Under the pieces are notes generated by a model. That model saw nothing but the letters and a program-made list of their open reading frames with translations. It was not told the origin of the DNA and did no database searches. Position numbers and translations under genes: made by a program. From an uncultured Nitrospiraceae bacterium (GTDB taxonomy: Bacteria; Nitrospirota; Nitrospiria; Nitrospirales; Nitrospiraceae): 64,000 nt of DNA. Each line of letters starts with the position of its first letter. The stretch's first letter is position 1. This document shows, piece by piece, positions 19,063-29,112 of the stretch. Where the stretch lies: contig CAWJWJ010000002.1 in NCBI GenBank assembly GCA_963846575.1, positions 2,560,001 to 2,624,000 of the forward strand, read 5' to 3'.

Positions 19063-20163
19063 TTATTGCAACTCAGCGACGTACGGTGCCAGGTGTCGGC
19101 GAAGGGTGGCCAGTTCGGGATATTTTAGAAGATTGCGCTTCACGTAGCCCAAGACACGAGGGATATCGGCAAGAAATTTGGGATTGTGTTTGACCTGATC
19201 GATATAAACAAACCGGCCGGCCGCCTTAAGGTTTCGCTGAATGCTCGTGAGGTCGAACAACCGCCGAAATGCCACCCGATCAGTCCAACCCTGCCCCTGG
19301 GCGGCGACACCATCCAGAAAATGATCGATCAGCCCATTCACCAAGACCTCGTCCAACTCGATGTAGGCGTCCTTGAGCAACGAGGCCAGATCGTAGGTGG
19401 CCGGTCCCATCAGAGCATCCTGAAAATCAATGATGCCGATCCGCGATCCGTCTACCATGAGGTTACGAGAATGGTAGTCGCGGTGGACGAAGACCTGAGG
19501 CTGCCCCGCCAGCAACTCGGCGATAGTTTGGAACTCGGCTCGGATTGCCGCCGCATCAGCCGGATCCATCGGCCTGCCCAGGCGGGCCGCGATACCGTAT
19601 TCCAGGAAGTGGTCGAACTCCCACATCAGCAGCGGCACGTCGAACCGGCGATGGAAAGCGATGCATCCCAGGTCAGGCGGCGTGGTGCCTCTGACTTGGA
19701 ACTGGACCAGCTCCTCGATCGCCTGCCGATAGAGGGACTCCACTTTGGCGCGCGGTGCCGCACGACAGGCTTCTGCCAGCGTAAGGTCGCCAAAATCTTC
19801 CAGATAGAGCAGACCGGCTTCGCGATCGTAGTAATGCAGCTGCGGCACCGTCACGCCGGTGCGCTGCAGATGCGCCAGAACGTTGGTAAACGGGAGCTCC
19901 GTGATCTGGGCTGAAGCTCCACTCACTGCTTCCTCGGACTTCTTGAAACCCTCGGGGTCGGCCAGCTGCATCAGAATCAAAGAGGCCGGCGCAGTCTGAA
20001 GGGTGAGTCGAAAATACCGGCGATTGGATGCGTCACCGGCCAGCGGCGTCAGTGCGGCTGATTCTCCACGAAACGGAAGGTGATTGGCGACGGTCCGGGC
20101 GATGCGCGATGCATCGGGAGGCGCGAGGGGCGTCGCAGGCGCAGCAGGATTTGTCGTTGTCAT
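19063..20163 (-). CDS. amgK: APH-family sugar kinase, anomeric MurNAc/GlcNAc kinase-like
   Basis: GDASNRRYFR, LEDFGD, HRDYHSRNLM, IDFQDA, YDLASLL, QRNLKAAG. Confidence 0.85.
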   Translation of the reverse strand: MTTTNPAAPATPLAPPDASRIARTVANHLPFRGESAALTPLAGDASNRRYFRLTLQTAPASLILMQLADPEGFKKSEEAVSGASAQITELPFTNVLAHLQRTGVTVPQLHYYDREAGLLYLEDFGDLTLAEACRAAPRAKVESLYRQAIEELVQFQVRGTTPPDLGCIAFHRRFDVPLLMWEFDHFLEYGIAARLGRPMDPADAAAIRAEFQTIAELLAGQPQVFVHRDYHSRNLMVDGSRIGIIDFQDALMGPATYDLASLLKDAYIELDEVLVNGLIDHFLDGVAAQGQGWTDRVAFRRLFDLTSIQRNLKAAGRFVYIDQVKHNPKFLADIPRVLGYVKRNLLKYPELATLRRHLAPYVAELQ

Positions 20164-20172
20164 ACGATGCGC

Positions 20173-20201
20173 ATTATAGCCAAACCATCCTGAACTGCCA
20201 G
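20173..20201 (-). promoter_or_regulatory. Sigma70-like promoter, leaderless or near-leaderless
   Basis: CTGGCA-N17-TATAAT-N9-ATG(20163). Confidence 0.5.
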
Positions 20202-20341
20202 TACAAAGTCACCTCCTGCACAAGAGTCGCGAACATTGCGGACACCGTCTGTCGGCGGCATGACCGCTCGCCACGGAAAACCTCGGTTGTCAGCCGTCAG
20301 CCTCAGCCGGTATCCTGAGTCATCAACGAAGGAGGCGCCCC

Positions 20342-21313
20342 ATGCAGTATGTTCATCTCGGCCGGTCAGGAGTTCGAGTCAGCCGTCTCTGTCTCGGCAC
20401 GATGAACTTCGGGCCACTGACCTCCGAATCCGACAGCTATGCCATCATGGACCAGGCGTTGGAGCGGGGCATCAATTTTTTCGACAGCGCGAACGTCTAT
20501 GGATGGAAAGTCGGCGAAGGTATTACCGAACAAATTGTCGGCCGCTGGCTGGCCCAAGGAGGCGGGCGGCGCGAGAAGGTCGTACTGGCCACCAAGGTCT
20601 TCGGCCGCATGGGGGATTGGCCCAACCAGTCGAGATTATCGGCATTGCACATCAAACGCGCCTGCGAAGAAAGCCTTCGCCGTCTGCGGACGGACCACCT
20701 TGATCTGTATCAAATGCATCATATCGATCGTGCCTGTCCCTGGGAGGAAATCTGGCAGGCCATGGAGCAGCTGTGCCGGGAAGGTAAGGTGCTCTATATC
20801 GGCAGCAGCAATTTCGCAGGCTGGCACATTGCCCAGGCACAGGAGCTCGCCAGGTCGCGCCATTTTCTCGGTTTAATTTCCGAACAGAGCCTCTACAATC
20901 TCCTCGAACGCACGGTGGAACTGGAAGTCGTGCCCGCCTGTCTGGCCTATGGAGTCGGCCTCATTCCCTGGAGTCCCCTGGCGCGTGGCCTGCTTGGCGG
21001 GGCCCTGCTTGCGAGCACAGCCGGTCGGAGAGCGGATGCTGAGGTCCGGAAGGACATTGAGACCCACCGCATCAAACTCGAAGCCTACGAAGGGATTTGC
21101 AAGACGCTGCAGGCCACGCCGGCCGCCGTGGCGCTCGCATGGCTGTTACATCAACCAGCCGTGACGGCTCCCATTATCGGACCCCGCACCATGGAACAAC
21201 TCACCGGTGCCCTGGAGAGCCTCGACCTGAGATTGGCTCCGGAGATACTGAAGGCGCTGGATGAAATTTTCCCCGGCCCCGGAGGAGCCGCCCCCGAAGC
21301 CTATGCCTGGTGA
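20342..21313 (+). CDS. Aldo/keto reductase
   Basis: LGTMNFG, DSANVY, LATK, DLYQMH, WSPLARG, PIIGPRT; AAGGAGG SD. Confidence 0.95.
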   Translation: MQYVHLGRSGVRVSRLCLGTMNFGPLTSESDSYAIMDQALERGINFFDSANVYGWKVGEGITEQIVGRWLAQGGGRREKVVLATKVFGRMGDWPNQSRLSALHIKRACEESLRRLRTDHLDLYQMHHIDRACPWEEIWQAMEQLCREGKVLYIGSSNFAGWHIAQAQELARSRHFLGLISEQSLYNLLERTVELEVVPACLAYGVGLIPWSPLARGLLGGALLASTAGRRADAEVRKDIETHRIKLEAYEGICKTLQATPAAVALAWLLHQPAVTAPIIGPRTMEQLTGALESLDLRLAPEILKALDEIFPGPGGAAPEAYAW

Positions 21314-21614
21314 AGAGTAGGCACCAATGACCAGGGCCCGGCAAAAACGTCCCGGCTCGATCGTGAGGGGGCCCTGTGCCACCGGCAAATGTTCGGGCCG
21401 GGAGCGTTGATCTCTGCTCCACCCGATCTGAATTCTTCCCGCGTTGCAATCTGCCTCCCGCGCTTTCAGCAGACGTTCAACCTGCTCCATCCACGGTGGG
21501 GTTCATTCCGAGCGGGCTTTCGACCACGCTCGATTGTGGCCTGGCTCCGGCCCTGCACTCCTCGCGACATCCATAGGCCGAGCCAGACCTGCAGGCTCAC
21601 AATTTCCTGGCTGC

Positions 21615-21630
21615 AGGCACTCTCCTTGCT
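21615..21630 (+). promoter_or_regulatory. Putative sigma54 (-24/-12) promoter
   Basis: AGGCAC-TCTCC-TTGCT with exact GG-N10-GC spacing, 60 bp upstream of ATG 21691. Confidence 0.55.
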
Positions 21631-21690
21631 CTCTCCATTGCTCATCACAATCCGCCAGGTCAGACCCCGCTCGCATCAGGAGGAGGATCC

Positions 21691-21993
21691 ATGAAGCAGA
21701 TTGGCAACGACAGAGCCCTCAGCCCCGCGAAAATTCTTTCGCGCCCCAATGGCCATGCCCCGCTGACCTGCGCCACCTGTCAAGGCCACCTGGTTGCCGA
21801 CCTGTACATCGACACGGTCGATGCCGGTGGCCATGTCTGGGTCAGGGCGTTACGTTGCGTAGGCTGTCGGAAACTAGCCGATGTCGAACTGCAGGGGTTC
21901 AGTACTCCGGCACAGGCGGGAAGAATCGGACGGATACCGCGCGAGTTACCTGAATGGGGATTGAGCGATGAGATGACCGCCTTAGGCACCTAA
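21691..21993 (+). CDS. Small zinc-ribbon-like hypothetical protein
   Basis: CATCQG...RCVGC; strong AGGAGGAGG SD. Confidence 0.7.
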   Translation: MKQIGNDRALSPAKILSRPNGHAPLTCATCQGHLVADLYIDTVDAGGHVWVRALRCVGCRKLADVELQGFSTPAQAGRIGRIPRELPEWGLSDEMTALGT

Positions 21994-22476
21994 CAAGGAC
22001 GCTGAACTCCGCAGACTGCGCCACTCCACCCATCGCCAGACCCAGGCCCCTAACATGGCTCCCATGGTATCGGCGACGAGATCCAAGGGATCCCCTTCGC
22101 GAAAGGGCACGAACAATTGATGCACCTCATCACTCAAGCCGTACAATGCACAACCGGCCACTACCACGGTCATGGCATGCCGCGCCACCAGGGGGCCGGC
22201 CGCATGCCGGCAGGCCCGATAGGTCAATGCCCCCAGCACGCCATATTCACAGAGGTGCAAGACCTTATCGGAGATGGCATGCAGAACCGACTCAATGGCC
22301 GCCGGCGGATTCGACACGGAGGAACCTCCGAATATCAGCGCGGCATAGAGTCCCACCGGAACCCAATAGCGCACTCTCGATCCGGCGCCGTTAAACGATT
22401 CAAGCGGCATATTCGCCGAGATGCTCGGTTCCACTTCCATACCGTTCGGCTCCTCGCTCCCCTGAACGACACTCAT
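21982..22476 (-). CDS. VanZ-family membrane protein (start uncertain)
   Basis: DKVLHLCEYGVLG, YGLSDEVHQLFVPFR, DLVADTMG. Confidence 0.85.
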   Translation of the reverse strand: MSVVQGSEEPNGMEVEPSISANMPLESFNGAGSRVRYWVPVGLYAALIFGGSSVSNPPAAIESVLHAISDKVLHLCEYGVLGALTYRACRHAAGPLVARHAMTVVVAGCALYGLSDEVHQLFVPFREGDPLDLVADTMGAMLGAWVWRWVEWRSLRSSASLLGA

Positions 22477-22590
22477 ATCATCCGGCCAGGAGGCTGAACC
22501 AAACTCTGCGTTGAGGAAGAATCCCGTTCATTCATTGCAACCCATATACCCCTATGACATACTGCCCTCGAGTCCGCAAGAAACTTCCCG

Positions 22591-24795
22591 ATGAAAACCA
22601 TTCAGCTCTGTTTCCTTTGGCATATGCACCAGCCGTACTACACGGACCCCCTCACGGGATCCGCCAGTATGCCCTGGGTCCGCCTGCATGCCACGAAGGC
22701 CTACTACGATATGGCCTTCCTGCTGGACAAGCTTCCGCAGGCCCGCTCCACTTTTAACTTCACCCCGTCCCTGCTGCTCCAACTCGAAGAATTTTCCGAA
22801 GGTCGGGTCCGCGACCTCTTTCTCGAATATGCCCAACGCCCGGCCGCCGACCTCACCCCGGAGGAGAAGGCCTTCATCATCCGTCATTTTTTCTCGGCGA
22901 ACTGGGCCACCATGGTCCGCCCCTTCCCGCGTTATCAGGAACTGCTCGTGAAACGCGGGCTGGAGGTGCATGGCCAGGACTTACTTCGCCTCGCCAAGCA
23001 ATTTTCCACCCAGGAGTTGCTTGATCTGCAAGTGTGGCACAACCTGGCATGGTTCGGGTACGGCAGTCTGCGACGGTATCCACGCCTGAAAGAGCTGCGC
23101 GGAAAGAATCGTGGATTTACGGAGGAAGAAAAGCAGGAGGTTCTTGTCCTCCAGCAGGCGGCCATCCGTCAGATCGTTCCGATGTACAAGGCACTCCAGG
23201 ACCGGGGTCAGATCGAATTGACCACCACCCCCTTTTTCCACCCCATTCTTCCCCTCGTCATTGATTCGGAATTCACCCGGCGTGCCAGGCCGGATTTGCC
23301 CCTACCCGCTCGGTTTCATGCGCCGGCCGACGCGGAGGCGCAGATCCAATTGGCCATCGACTATCACACCAAAACCTTCGGCCGGGCGCCTGTCGGACTG
23401 TGGCCCTCAGAGGGATCGGTCTGTCCGGAAATGTTGCCCATGCTGGAAAAAGCCGGAATCCGCTGGTTGGCGACCGACGAAGGCAATCTGTACCGATCGT
23501 TACAGGTCACGCAACATGCCTGGAATCGTCATTACCATCTCTATCAACCCTACTCCGTCGGCAAGCCGAACGGTCCCCTCTCCATGGTCTTTCGAGACCG
23601 GGACATTTCCGACGCCTTCGGCTTCGTCTACCATAAGACGACCCCGGAATCGGGAGCCGAGGATGCTCTCCGGCGGATACGCGGCCTGGCTTACGATATC
23701 CCGATGGAGCAAGGGATCATCTCGGTCATTCTCGACGGCGAAAACCCCTGGGAACATTATCATGACGGGGGTGAACGGTTTCTCACGCAGTTATTCCGCG
23801 CCTTCGAACAGGACGAGTTTCAGACCGGGCCAGGCACCCGTATCCGGATGGAAACGATGAGTCGTGCTCTCGCGATCGTCCCTCCCACTCACCACCTCGA
23901 TCACGTGCATTCCGGCTCGTGGATCAACCAGGATTTTAAGATCTGGATCGGCCACCAGGAAGACAATCGAGGGTGGGACCTCCTCCAACATACCCGGTCG
24001 CGACTCGTCGAGTTGACACCGTCCCTCACTCAGGAGCAGGCGAAGGCGGCCTGGGGAGAACTCTATGCCGCCGAAGGAAGCGATTGGTTCTGGTGGTACG
24101 GCGACGACTTCGAGACCGACTATAAGCAGGAATTCGACCGCCTGTTCCGGACGCACCTCCGCAACGTCTGGACCTATGCCGGCGTCACGCCGCCTGACAT
24201 CTTGAACCAGCCCCTGGTGGAAGCTCGCGTCCCGCAGGGGTTGGATGGAATCCAGGTCCCGCTCGCCTTCATTTCTCCGACCATCGATGGCCAGATGTCG
24301 AACTTTTTCGAGTGGCGCGGAGCCGGTTCCATCAATCCGGCTCCCCCGCTGGGCGCGATGTGGAAATCCGAAGGACTGTTTACGGCCATTTTCTTCGGAT
24401 TCGACCTGGAGCAGCTCTACTTCCGGCTGGACTTCGACGATCGCTCCCAAACTCGACAGGAGGATTGTGCTGTCGAGCTACACATCGCATCGGGGATTCA
24501 GCAATACAAGCTGTCCTTCGCCCTTGCGCCGACCGGCACCGACACGTTTCTTCTCGCCCGTGCGGAGGAGGCGGGGGCCTATCATGAGATGAGATCCTAC
24601 AGCAGCATCTGTCGTCGGAAAATTCTCGAGTTGGCGGTACCGTTCAAAGACCTCGACATCCACGTCGGAGATGAACTCCGGCTGACGTTGACAGTGTCGG
24701 AACATCGGATTGAGATCGCCCGGTATCCTCACCACACCCCGGTCACCTTCAATCGGCCGGACGACGATTTCGAAGCCACCATGTGGCGGGTATAA
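22591..24795 (+). CDS. Glycoside hydrolase family 57 (amylopullulanase/alpha-amylase-like)
   Basis: WHMHQP, HPILPL, WPSEGS, LDGENPWE, AEGSDWFWW. Confidence 0.95.
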   Translation: MKTIQLCFLWHMHQPYYTDPLTGSASMPWVRLHATKAYYDMAFLLDKLPQARSTFNFTPSLLLQLEEFSEGRVRDLFLEYAQRPAADLTPEEKAFIIRHFFSANWATMVRPFPRYQELLVKRGLEVHGQDLLRLAKQFSTQELLDLQVWHNLAWFGYGSLRRYPRLKELRGKNRGFTEEEKQEVLVLQQAAIRQIVPMYKALQDRGQIELTTTPFFHPILPLVIDSEFTRRARPDLPLPARFHAPADAEAQIQLAIDYHTKTFGRAPVGLWPSEGSVCPEMLPMLEKAGIRWLATDEGNLYRSLQVTQHAWNRHYHLYQPYSVGKPNGPLSMVFRDRDISDAFGFVYHKTTPESGAEDALRRIRGLAYDIPMEQGIISVILDGENPWEHYHDGGERFLTQLFRAFEQDEFQTGPGTRIRMETMSRALAIVPPTHHLDHVHSGSWINQDFKIWIGHQEDNRGWDLLQHTRSRLVELTPSLTQEQAKAAWGELYAAEGSDWFWWYGDDFETDYKQEFDRLFRTHLRNVWTYAGVTPPDILNQPLVEARVPQGLDGIQVPLAFISPTIDGQMSNFFEWRGAGSINPAPPLGAMWKSEGLFTAIFFGFDLEQLYFRLDFDDRSQTRQEDCAVELHIASGIQQYKLSFALAPTGTDTFLLARAEEAGAYHEMRSYSSICRRKILELAVPFKDLDIHVGDELRLTLTVSEHRIEIARYPHHTPVTFNRPDDDFEATMWRV

Positions 24796-24908
24796 TAAGC
24801 GGTGCCGTGCTCACCATCAGGGATGGATGGCGACGGGATGTCATCCGATCCCTCAACAGAGACGATACCCCACAGACATAGACATGATGTGAGAGGTAAG
24901 GAGTAGGA

Positions 24909-25910
24909 ATGCCTGAGTTACGCAGAGACCCGATTGTCGGCCGCTGGGTCATTGTTTCATCCGAGCGGAGTGGACGCCCCCATGACCTCCTCTTGCCGGC
25001 CGCGCCGCTCCCCTCCTCGTCCATGTGCCCGTTTTGTCCCGGACAAGAGCGGTTGACGCCGAAAGAAATCTTAGCCTACCGGCCTCAGGCCTCAGACCCC
25101 GATAGTCCCAATTGGACCGTTCGGGTCATCCCGAATAAATTTCCCGCCCTGCAGGTGGAAGGGGATATGGGGCGCGAAGGACTCGGCCTCTATGACCGGA
25201 TGAACGGGATCGGCGCCCACGAGGTAATCATCGAAACGACCCACCATACGGATAGCCTGGCGGACCTTCCGGCGAAGCGGGTGGAAGATGTGCTGTGGGC
25301 CTATCGCGACCGGATTCTGGACCTGAAGAAGGACCTTCGATTTCGTTACATCCTGATTTTCAAGAATCAAGGCGCCGCTGCCGGTGCGACCTTACAACAC
25401 AGCCATTCCCAACTCATCGCGCTCCCGGTCGTGCCCACCAGCGTGATCGAGGAGATGGACGGCTGCCGCCAACATTTCCAACAGAAGGAGCGCTGCATCT
25501 ACTGCGACATCCTGCGGCAGGAACTGGCCGAGGGGACGAGAGTGGTGCTGGAGAATCCCGAGTTTGTCTGCCTCGCGCCCTACGCCCCCCGGTTCCCGTT
25601 CGAAATGTGGATCCTGCCGAAGCGCCATGCCGGTTATTTTGAAGAGAGTCAGCGCTCACAGTTCGAGTTTCTGGCGCCGATCCTCGGAGAAGCCCTGCGG
25701 CGGATGAATGCCGTGCTCGCGCGCCCGGCGTACAACTTCATGCTGCACAGCTCACCGCTTCACGAAAAAACAGGGGATTTTTATCACTGGCATATCGAGA
25801 TCATTCCTAAATTGACCCAGGTGGCCGGATTCGAATGGGGCACCGGCTTCTATATCAACCCCGTCTCCCCCGAAGAGTCTGCCAAATGCTTGAGAGATGC
25901 CATTCTGTAA
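24909..25910 (+). CDS. galT: Galactose-1-phosphate uridylyltransferase family (GalT/HIT)
   Basis: ELRRDP, CPFCPG, NKFPAL, GAHEVIIE, HSHSQ catalytic motif, AGFEWGTG. Confidence 0.9.
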   Translation: MPELRRDPIVGRWVIVSSERSGRPHDLLLPAAPLPSSSMCPFCPGQERLTPKEILAYRPQASDPDSPNWTVRVIPNKFPALQVEGDMGREGLGLYDRMNGIGAHEVIIETTHHTDSLADLPAKRVEDVLWAYRDRILDLKKDLRFRYILIFKNQGAAAGATLQHSHSQLIALPVVPTSVIEEMDGCRQHFQQKERCIYCDILRQELAEGTRVVLENPEFVCLAPYAPRFPFEMWILPKRHAGYFEESQRSQFEFLAPILGEALRRMNAVLARPAYNFMLHSSPLHEKTGDFYHWHIEIIPKLTQVAGFEWGTGFYINPVSPEESAKCLRDAIL

Positions 25911-25997
25911 CTCGGATGAACACATCATCCGCGATCGCGAAACCCGCCATGGCCGATCGATGAGTCACGCCCGGCGATAGGATCCGGGTACCTGCCG

Positions 25998-27128
25998 ATG
26001 CGCCGTCTGCGACAGGCCACCTTGCCGCTGATCAGTCTCTGGATCGGACTCACGCTGCCACTGCTCGGCATGGAAATCCTATTGAGGTTCCTGCCGGTCA
26101 ATGAAGGTGCGCGACCGCAGGCCGTCACTCAGGATGATCCCGTCCGCCGTCTGGAGCCGCAGCGAACCTTTCTCTGGTCCAAGGGCTGGGACTTTGACAT
26201 CGTCAACCGCGTGCACACCAACAACTACGGATTCGTCAACGACCAGGAGTATGACCCCGCCGCTTCATCGCCGCTTCTAGCCCTCATCGGAGACAGTTAT
26301 GTGGAAGCGCTGATGGTCCCGTTTGCCGATAGCGTGGCAGGTCGGCTAGCCCGCGCCGCCACTCCCATGAAACGGGTCTATTCATTCGGCACGTCGAGTT
26401 CGGCGTTGAGCAGCTACTTAGCCTATGCCGCCTATGCAGAGAGGCAGTTCCGGCCTCAGGCTATGGTCTTTCTGATCATCGGAAACGATTTCGATGAGAG
26501 CCTGCTCAAATATAAGAACGAACCGGGGCACCATTACTTCGTTGAAGACGCCAGCGGCAATCTCGAACTCACCAGACTGGACTATGAGCCCGGACTCTGG
26601 CGCATCATCATCAGACGTTCGGCTCTTGTACGTTATCTGACTCTCAACACCGGCCTCCTTGACTTGCTGCTCAAACGGCAGCATTTGCCATTCGGTCGAC
26701 CGTCCAATGAGCCGGGTTTTGTCGGAAATACCAGCGCCACCGTCACACCCCTTCGCATGAGGGACTCACAACGCGCGGTCGATGCATTCCTGGCCTCACT
26801 TGCAGGAGCCTCGGGCCTGCAGTCTGAACGTATCTTGTTCGTAATGGACGGAATGCGCCCTCACCTGTACGACACATCGCTGCATCAGCAGGCGGCCGAC
26901 TCCTACGTCGGTCAGATGCGTCGCTATTTCATGGACCGGGCGACAGAGAAGGGTTTCGAAGTCGTCGATCTGCAAAGAGACTTTTCCGAGCATTACGAAC
27001 AACACCATCAGCGGTTCGAATTTTCGATCGATAGCCATTGGAACTCGTTAGGCCATGAATCGGCTTTCGATGCCATCACCCGATCAAAACTCTACGCCTG
27101 GTTTCATTCCGACGCTCCAGCCCGTTAA
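25998..27128 (+). CDS. SGNH/GDSL-like hydrolase (AlgX/AlgJ-like), membrane anchored
   Basis: N-terminal TM segment, GDSYVE, GNDF, DSHWNSLGH. Confidence 0.8.
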   Translation: MRRLRQATLPLISLWIGLTLPLLGMEILLRFLPVNEGARPQAVTQDDPVRRLEPQRTFLWSKGWDFDIVNRVHTNNYGFVNDQEYDPAASSPLLALIGDSYVEALMVPFADSVAGRLARAATPMKRVYSFGTSSSALSSYLAYAAYAERQFRPQAMVFLIIGNDFDESLLKYKNEPGHHYFVEDASGNLELTRLDYEPGLWRIIIRRSALVRYLTLNTGLLDLLLKRQHLPFGRPSNEPGFVGNTSATVTPLRMRDSQRAVDAFLASLAGASGLQSERILFVMDGMRPHLYDTSLHQQAADSYVGQMRRYFMDRATEKGFEVVDLQRDFSEHYEQHHQRFEFSIDSHWNSLGHESAFDAITRSKLYAWFHSDAPAR

Positions 27129-27433
27129 GCCCGATTCAGAAAATTCCTGTCGCTCCTCGAGCCATTCCTATTCGGAAAGCCAGCGGTCAGACGACTCTCT
27201 GCATGTGCGATGGGAACGTTTCCGGACGATGCCGTACCGGGAAAGTGACCGCTAATACGTGCATTGCCTCCCGTACCTTCACTTGCAATCCACAGGTAGG
27301 CAGCGGTATATATTCCTCGCTCTTTATCTAGGGCCATCCGGCTATAGCCTCGCCAGCAACCGGTCACTGTATTGAATCGATACATGCACTCAGAGGAGTG
27401 GGGGGAGAATCCACTGGAAGGAACGAGGGAATC

Positions 27434-27586
27434 ATGAAAGAGCAGAATGTCGTCTGGAAGCCATCACCATTCAGTGATCTCGACCTCCACAACAGGAAAT
27501 TTAAGCGTCTCGCCATCGTCTCCGCACTGTTGTTCCTCGGGGTCATCAGCCTGCTCATATTCCAGATCGTGGAGGGAATGAAGTAG
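27434..27586 (+). CDS. Small single-TM protein (50 aa)
   Basis: GAGGG SD, basic patch followed by a hydrophobic helix. Confidence 0.5.
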   Translation: MKEQNVVWKPSPFSDLDLHNRKFKRLAIVSALLFLGVISLLIFQIVEGMK

Positions 27587-27670
27587 TCACTGCCGTCTCG
27601 TCCGCCTGTCCCTACGGCTTCCGGCAGCACGCGCTGTGTTCCGCGAACCAGCCGTCACCATTCTCCGGGT

Positions 27671-27700
27671 TTGCAATACCGACCAACTCAGCCGTATCAT
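27671..27700 (+). promoter_or_regulatory. Sigma70-like promoter, probably leaderless
   Basis: TTGCAA-N18-TATCAT-N6-ATG(27707). Confidence 0.6.
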
Positions 27701-27706
27701 CGCCAC

Positions 27707-27901
27707 ATGATCATTCAGCTGAGCCATCCGCAACGCCAAGTCGAAATCAAAGGCCCCAAGCGCACGAAGGAATTGCTGCGCGAACTGAATCTCGTGCTTG
27801 AGGCGCATCTCGTGATCCGTGGTGACGATCTGGTCACGGAGGACGAAATGCTGGCCGATGCCGATCAGATCGAAATACGTCCGGTCATTTCCGGCGGCTG
27901 A
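27707..27901 (+). CDS. ttuB: ThiS/MoaD-like sulfur carrier (TtuB-like)
   Basis: 64 aa, C-terminal VISGG, directly upstream of the ttuA-like gene. Confidence 0.85.
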   Translation: MIIQLSHPQRQVEIKGPKRTKELLRELNLVLEAHLVIRGDDLVTEDEMLADADQIEIRPVISGG

Positions 27902-27940
27902 TCGAACCATTCCTAACCGCTCTCCGTCTATGGGTCACTC

Positions 27941-28948
27941 ATGAATTGCGGGAAGTGCAAAACCAAGGCCGTGATCAGTTTACCGCGGCACAATGCCGCC
28001 TTCTGCAAGGGCTGCTTCACGGGCTTCGTGCATGAGCAGGTGGCGCGCGCCATTAAAGCTTTCAAGATGTTCAAACCAGACGATCGTATCCTCGTGGCAG
28101 TCTCCGGCGGCAAAGACAGCCTGGCGCTGTGGCACATCCTGCTCAAACTCGGGTATCGAGCCGACGCGCTGTACGTAAACCTCGGCATCGGGGCCTACTC
28201 CGAGGAGTCGCACCGGAAAGTCCGGGCCTATGCAGACACGATGGCCGCGGAATATGGCGCCACCCTGCTGGTCCATGTCGTCGAACAAGAGGCCGGGGCG
28301 GGCATTCGCGAGTTGGCGACCATTCTGCATCGTCCGACCTGCTCGACCTGCGGCACCATCAAACGGTACCAGTTTAACCGCGCCGCGGTGGAACAGAACT
28401 ATGATGTCATGGCCACCGGACACAATTTGGATGACGAGGCTGCGCGGTTGTTAGGCAATGTCCTGCACTGGCAGGAGGAATATCTGGACAAACAGAGTCC
28501 CACCTTACCGGCGTCCGTCGACGGGTTCGCAAAAAAGGTTAAACCCCTCTGCCGGCTGTCCGAACGCGAGATTGCGGCCTATGCGGTCGTGAATCGCATC
28601 GATTACATCGTCGAGGAGTGCCCCATGGCAAAAGGCTCCAAGATGCTCCTCTACAAAGACGTCTTGAACAAGCTGGAGACGGAATCACCGGGGACCAAGC
28701 AGCGTTTCTATTGGGGGTTTCTGGACAAGCAAATGAAACCGGAAGCGGCCCCGGAAACCATGGCGGAGAAAGACCAGCGCACCCTCTCGCCCTGCCTCTC
28801 TTGCGGACAACCCACCACCGCCGAAACCTGCTCGTATTGCAAAATGATGGCCAAGGCCAAGGTGCTCCCGCCCAGCCCAGGGCCTGAACATCACTTCGAG
28901 ATTCGGGCCTGCAGCAGAGCAATGGCCGAGGAACGAGGGGATCATTGA
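27941..28948 (+). CDS. ttuA: tRNA 2-thiolation sulfurtransferase (TtuA/Ncs6 family)
   Basis: N-terminal zinc finger, SGGKDS PP-loop, CSTC, GHNLDDE, EECP, C-terminal CxxC..CxxC. Confidence 0.88.
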   Translation: MNCGKCKTKAVISLPRHNAAFCKGCFTGFVHEQVARAIKAFKMFKPDDRILVAVSGGKDSLALWHILLKLGYRADALYVNLGIGAYSEESHRKVRAYADTMAAEYGATLLVHVVEQEAGAGIRELATILHRPTCSTCGTIKRYQFNRAAVEQNYDVMATGHNLDDEAARLLGNVLHWQEEYLDKQSPTLPASVDGFAKKVKPLCRLSEREIAAYAVVNRIDYIVEECPMAKGSKMLLYKDVLNKLETESPGTKQRFYWGFLDKQMKPEAAPETMAEKDQRTLSPCLSCGQPTTAETCSYCKMMAKAKVLPPSPGPEHHFEIRACSRAMAEERGDH

Positions 28949-29112
28949 TAAGGGAGCGGCGATTTCATTCCCGCCGACAAGCGCCTCGCCATAGATCGCG
29001 GCGTATGAATTCCTATTGAACAGTCTGTTCGGAAAATGCAGGCTTGCAATCCATGCAACGTCGGGAGAGCTGACAGCGAACAGGGTCAACGGGATTCCAA
29101 CGAGGAGTATCT

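Noticed and set aside
19063..22476. APH-family and VanZ-family genes as antibiotic resistance genes
   Set aside because: The kinase is paired with a murU-like gene, indicating cell-wall recycling; VanZ-like proteins are widespread and there is no van cluster
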